Shown here: piece after piece, positions 58,431 to 64,000 of the stretch | Layout: every line of letters begins with the position of its first letter | How positions within the stretch are numbered: the stretch's first letter is position 1 | From: Basidiobolus meristosporus CBS 931.73 | Taxonomy: Eukaryota > Fungi > Basidiobolomycota | Reading direction: 5' to 3' | NCBI GenBank assembly: GCA_002104905.1 | Contig: MCFE01000086.1 | Location: 1 to 64,000 of the forward strand | Length of the DNA stretch: 64,000 nucleotides | Translations under genes and position numbers: made by a program | Notes under the pieces: model-generated | Databases searched by the model: none | Seen by the model: only the letters and a program-made list of their open reading frames with translations | What the model was told of the DNA's origin: nothing

Positions 58431-60369
58431 CAAAGTTAAAGATGACTACCACTGCTATAAGGACTATGTTCATGAGGATATTGCTGTGAAGAAGAATGCT
58501 GTGCCCTCAAAAGACTCATTCAGTAACTATGCAAGCTGGCTACAAAGGAGAGTCTATCAAGCTGACATGTATATATGTCAAGAAATATAGTATTTTGGTG
58601 CTCTACCACCACTGAAGAAAATTGCATAATTCCAGCAATAGAGGGTTCAGATCTACAATGAAATATACTGCTATATGTATACATATGACCTCAATTGACT
58701 GTTAGACAGGCTTTTGGACAGCATAGTATCCTGAATTGCAAAAAAAAATGTATAGATCCTCATTAAATGATTGCTGGAGGAAGATTTACCAAATCTGTAG
58801 CCGCTCAAAACAAGGCTGAGAATGCAAGTACTCTAGCTATTAACCACCATTTTGGACTATCTACTAATGGAAAAGATCTCAGAAACAAGCACCCTGAGTT
58901 GCAAGGATCCTGATGATATATAATACATATATATCCCACTGGAGTATGGATATGTACTACACAATCCAATGGAAGAATGCTATATTTGTATCAAATGTCT
59001 TGATATTAAGACTAGTGTACCAGGAGCCAAATGTAGAGCTGTTAGACATGCTATCACTCTGTTTAAGTGTCAAAACAGTGGGAGAAAGTTTTATACAAAT
59101 CTAGTAATATCAACTCAGAAAGATTCTACCACCAGCCAGAGAGAGTGAGGCAAATAATTGCCAGCCTGATTGGAGTACACAACCAAGTAACAGTTGGCCA
59201 GTATATAAGCTGCAAGCTACTCAGAAAATAACATAGTTTGTTATACTTGTTATATATATATCACTTATTACAGTAGGAGAAAATGCTTGGTGCCATTTAA
59301 TTCTCTGAATTGGATCAGAAGAACTGTGAATGATCAAGTCACTGCCAAGCTCTGCAACTCAGAAACTGATATAGTGGAGTCTGATACCAGAGAACTGATG
59401 AAGCTAGCTTGCAAATGCAGCTTATTTGATCAAATTTGGACAACTCTATCAAAAGGTATGATTGAACTAAGTGGATGCCAATTTTGACTATATTACTCTC
59501 AAGTAGTCAAATATTCTGGACAAATGATGTCATGAGGTCTTGCATGCTCAAACACACCATGGTCCCACCTGTAAGGAAGTCCAGAACCATCCCACCAAAA
59601 GAATTTCCCTTGGATCATCAGTACAAAAAGAAAAAGAAGAAAAATGGAAAACACTACTACCGCAAATTAGGGTACTTCCTAAGTGAAACTAAAGCCTATG
59701 TGGGTTGCATTTGGACTATCTGGCAATGCAGATATGCTCCATGGAGTCTCTTGTAAAAAGATCTCATGCCAGAAACCCCAGAGGAGCCTTGAGACTTCAA
59801 CAGCATCTTCTAGATCCTGTAGTATACATTGGAGCAGACTATTTAGTGCAGAAGTCTTGATGTCTGCTGTATATAGATCTGAAAGAAAAATGTGCAAGGA
59901 TCAACCAGATGGTATGTATGGATTCTGAAGACACTGAGAATATCAGTTAGTCCTGCAAGCCAAGCTCAAGGTTGAAAATAACTATGAGGAGAATAAGGAT
60001 AATCAAAGCCCTTCTTAAGGGAAATCTCACTTCTGGAAAAGTGCCAGCACCTACTCCGCAATTACATCCTGAACAGACAAAAGCAACTGTATCAATCCAA
60101 ATCAGTAGAACCACTCTAAAATAGCTACCAAACAACCAATGGCACCTTTCTGATACCAAACTGGGTAAAACAAGAAGCAAGTGGACTTTGAATATACTGC
60201 AAATGAAATAATCAGTCCAAAGAAAGTTACTGCTACTTAAGGAAGACAAAGATGACCACTCTAGATCAATTTGTAGATCTGAATCACTAAACAGACATGG
60301 TTCAAGTGGGAGCGGGCCATCCCAGCTCAGAGTTGAGCAAAAACACTTTTTTGGCCATGTTTGTATGTG

Positions 60370-60620
60370 CTGCTGTGCCAGGAAATAAGGAAACTCCAGA
60401 TCTGCTGTAAATGACCAAACCTTAACTTGGCCCAGTATAGGTCATTTCTTTTACCTCAAATAGAGCCTACATGATGGAAGTAACCATCCCTGAGCCAAAT
60501 ATGGACATACAGTGAAGTTGTCTAAGTGAATTAGACTTTTGCCTGGAAATAAGGAAACACCAGATCTGCTGTAAATGATATAACCTTACCTTGACCAAAA
60601 GTGGGTCAATTTTGCTCAAA
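60370..60620 (+). repeat. Imperfect direct repeat of about 70 bp (two copies)
   Basis: 'ggaaataaggaaac(t/a)ccagatctgctgtaaatga' at about 60380 and 60545. Confidence 0.6.
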
Positions 60621-60944
60621 TAAGAAGCATTGGATAGCCCAGAGGCAATATATCAGTATTACAGTCTGCCGATTAGACTTAGAGCATTATGCAATCTTGT
60701 ACAACTGATCAAAACCAATGACTAGCAATTTGATCAGATCATTATGATTTTTAGGCATACTCTTAAGTAGATGTGCACACTGAGTTACAAGTTTTTTTCT
60801 GTTCAAATAAGCTGAACACAAATGCATATACTGTTGGATAATATATTAGTCCAGTATGCAACGCAGCTAAGTCTTAGATGCTTATTACAGATTGCATACT
60901 CTCAATAAGTATTTATAACTTGTGAATATTTTGTTGAGCGGGAG

Positions 60945-61290
60945 TGTTGAAATTATCAAGTTGTCACCAAAATATTCATGCTAACTTAGTCACATAGATC
61001 TTATTCTTTGATTAGTATTCTGTCCTGACCAATATCTTGTTAGGATTTACTTAGAATATTTTCGCAAAATTATCAGGTACCCTGATTATGATCTTTCTCA
61101 AGTTGTCCAAAAGCCCCCAAACTTTGCACACATATTCTTGGGACCTTCATTTACAATTCTACACATTCTATTGCTCTACTTTATCAAAAGTATAAATACC
61201 ATACTTTTGAATAATAAATCTACAAGTGAATCACATGTAAATCCTCTAGTTCTCCACATCACTTCCAACACTCCTCAGAATATTGAAACA
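60945..61290 (+). mobile_element. Diverged Copia LTR (related subfamily)
   Basis: tgttgaaatt...gaaaca. Internal aacttagtcacatagatc, gttgtccaaaagcccccaaactttgcacaca and cacttccaa match the family LTR. Preceded by a PPT-like gagcgggag. Confidence 0.65.
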
Positions 61291-62645
61291 GGTATGAGCT
61301 GACAGCATACTGACTAATATAGGTGTTGGTGATGTTATGATGGCTACTTGCTGGTCTTCAACTTGGGGTACTGCTTTTGCTACATTTGCCTTTGCTTTTC
61401 AACAATATCTCTATGCTGATGACCAAGCTATAGATGGGTCATTTCAAGCTAAGTGAGCCCTTCAAGCTACCAGAAAAATCTGAAAGAATTAGTCAGATAG
61501 TACAGAGTATCTGCTAATGTAAGTACTTCTCATGGACTCCAATCAGCTTTCATACTCATATGCAACAATACAAATGCGTAGACTGGATCAACTGAATATG
61601 TACAGATTCAAATTGCATTCTGAAGCCATTCCTACCAAGAGTATGTTGGAAGCATTGGGACTCATATGTGAATATTGTAGGAATATTTATCCAGAAGGGG
61701 ATCACCAATGCCAACTTGAATCATCTACAGTTGTTGGGCATGGGGTTTGTAATGGGATTTGAGCAGTTATACTACAAACATAAAGCTGAACACATGGATC
61801 TCTACCACTACTGTATCCATTGCTAGACTTTTCTTGGTCACAAGCCAGCTTCTACATCATTCATTATGGAGCCCAAGCAAAGAAGAGACAGAGCAAAACT
61901 GTAAGGGGGACTAGAGTCCAGCAGGGAGAAGGAATATATTTAGCTAAATACCAAGAAGTATTTGTAGATATTTAGGAGGTATTCTTGGCAGCAGTGGTGG
62001 CAAACAAGCAAATGTTTGCAAGATGTATATGGAACCAGCAGTACAAGGTACATTGCATCTTTGCAAGTATCACACTAACAAGCTGTAAAGTTGCAGTAAC
62101 AGAAGTGTGTCAATTGCGGCAGGTGTGCTTGTTTGTAGAGGTTAGTAAGCAAGAGACAATATTTTCTTTTATTTGAACTATATGTGGAATATCCAAGATA
62201 GTATTGGGTATGCAAATACAGAGGGGTGATTCTACAGTAGAATGTATGAATTGTACAGGGGAGGTAGAAAAAGAATATACCATTTAAGGCAATTGGATGT
62301 CCTGGACAGTTGGATCCATTTAAATAGTTGTAGAGCACAATAAGACCACCATAATACCATGCAATTATTTTCACAGCACTAATCCTATCTTGTCATGTGC
62401 TATCACTTTTTTTGGCAGTAAAATTAGCAAACACCATTGTGGTCCTGCCATAAGATTGTTAAAAGGGTAACTAGTGTCAAGCTGACAGTGTCATGACAGT
62501 CAATAAATGGGATCCTGATGGCTGATCTGGATTGGATCCACACACAGGCCCAAAATATTTTTCATAGGTAACTTCTCCCCTATGATGTGAAAGCATATTC
62601 TATGGGCTTTATCTTTGCGCACTTTTGTTGTGCTTCAAACACTAT

Positions 62646-63378
62646 AGATTTGTTCTGTTGGATAGTGCCTCATTTAGCCATGAGTGCCAATTGATGCCAT
62701 AGTGTACCAGGGAAGCCAAGTGAGCCTATACTTGGCCACACAGTGCAAACCACAGCTGTGCATCTTCCTGCAAAGCAGCCCCTGTGTCTCACTCATTGTA
62801 CTGGAGAAAATCCATTTTTTGACCTTTTTTTGGATTAATGTTGTGCATGATATATAAGAGCACAGAAGAACTGAAGACATGCACTTGGTACTTGATACCC
62901 ATGGTACTCTGAATCTAGCTCCTGTAGCTTGTATTATATCACAAAATCAATGGCACTATCTTGGTCCACTGGTACTATCTGGCATTATGAGTGCTTTGTA
63001 TAGGTCTTACTTTAGGGCTAATATTTAAATATAGTGCATGATAGTACCAGTGGACCAAGATAGTGCCATTTATTTTTGTGATATAATACAAGCTAGAGGA
63101 GCTAGATTCAGAGTGCCATGGGTATTGTGTAACAGTTGCATGTCTTCAGATCTTCTGTGCTCTTACACATCCTGCACAACATTGAATCAAAAAAATATAG
63201 GCCAAAAAATGGATTTTCTCCAATACGACGGGTGAAACACAGGGGCTGACGTGCATGAAGATGCAGAGCTATGTTTCCCACTCTGTGGCCAAGTTTGGGT
63301 CTGCTATGCCTCACTGGCATGCAATTGCACTATTTGCCACTCATTGCTCAATATAGTACTATCCAACAGAACAAGTCT
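62646..63378. mobile_element. 733-bp foldback MITE sharing the PHIS family TIR
   Basis: Ends AGATTTGTTCTGTTGGATAG / CTATCCAACAGAACAAGTCT. TSD tat/tat. Two arms of about 340 bp are imperfect reverse complements around a spacer of about 50 bp. Confidence 0.88.
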
Positions 63379-63761
63379 TATATGCTGTTCCTCTACTCTT
63401 ACATTGAGCTACTTGAGTGCCTTCTTTGCAGCAAAGGTACTCCTCTCTCTACCTGGGAGACTGATTGCTCTACATGTATTATTGACCCATTGTGTTTCTG
63501 GAATATTTCCTAATTTCTTGGTGCCATTGCATGTATGCAATCTGCTACTGAACCTAATTATCTCACTAATGCTTTGGAATGAGCTGACAACATACTTGCT
63601 AATACTGCTGGTGGTGATGTTATAATGACTACTTGCTGGTCTTCAAATGAAGGCACTGCTTATAAGACATTTGCCTCTGCCTCAGCATTATGGTCAGCTT
63701 GTAGTGCTGCAAAGATTCCCTGTTGCCTACTTGACTGAGAGCCTGGGGAGTCTGCATTATT

Positions 63762-64000
63762 AGACTTACTCTGTTGGATAGTGTCACATTGAACCATGAG
63801 TGCCAAATGCTGCCATAGTGTGACAGGGAGGCCAAGTGAGCCTATACTTGGCCACAGCGTGTGAAGCATAGCTTTGCATCTTCATGCAATGCAGCCCCTG
63901 TGTTTCACCCATTATGTTGGAGAAAATCCATTTTTTGACCTTTTTTTTGGTCAATGTTGTGCAGGAAGTGAAAGAGCATAAAAGGATTGATGATATGCAT
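63762..64000. mobile_element. Second foldback-MITE copy, running off the window end
   Basis: agacttactctgttggatagtg... is collinear with 62646-62880. Confidence 0.8.

Noticed and set aside
61291-61300. PBS-like ggtatgagc after the LTR at 60945-61290, suggesting an LTR with both a PPT and a PBS
   Set aside because: The same sequence context recurs at 63576 (ggaatgagctgaca) with no LTR, so it is probably part of the flanking repeat.

Overview
Eukaryotic genomic DNA from a fungus outside the Dikarya. Evidence: short GT-AG introns, Ty1/Copia elements, fungal-type MET16/MAM33/SSH4 genes and an IP3-receptor-family channel. A Basidiobolus- or Mortierella-like host is my inference, not something the sequence proves. 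There are four blocks. (1) 1-5295: the 3' end of an intronless, bacterial-style NRPS (A-T-dual E/C-A-T-TE). (2) About 5.8-15.7 kb: three Copia elements nested inside each other. (3) About 17-39.5 kb: a CpG-rich gene island with a myo-inositol/sugar porter, RNI-like LRR protein, aquaglyceroporin, small mitochondrial protein, ITPR-like Ca2+ channel, MAM33, MET16 and an SSH4-like SPRY protein. (4) About 42.4-64 kb: a largely CpG-depleted nest of Copia, solo LTRs, a two-gene PIF/Harbinger-type (PHIS) DNA transposon family and its foldback MITEs. The most notable observations are: the ITPR-like channel keeps its pore and Ca2+-site residues but lacks most IP3-binding residues; MET16 has an in-frame TAA followed directly by ATG ATG; the same pentamer in Copia pol was hit by two separate insertions; the Copia family has a half-tRNA-type primer site; and repeats show CpG-specific decay.
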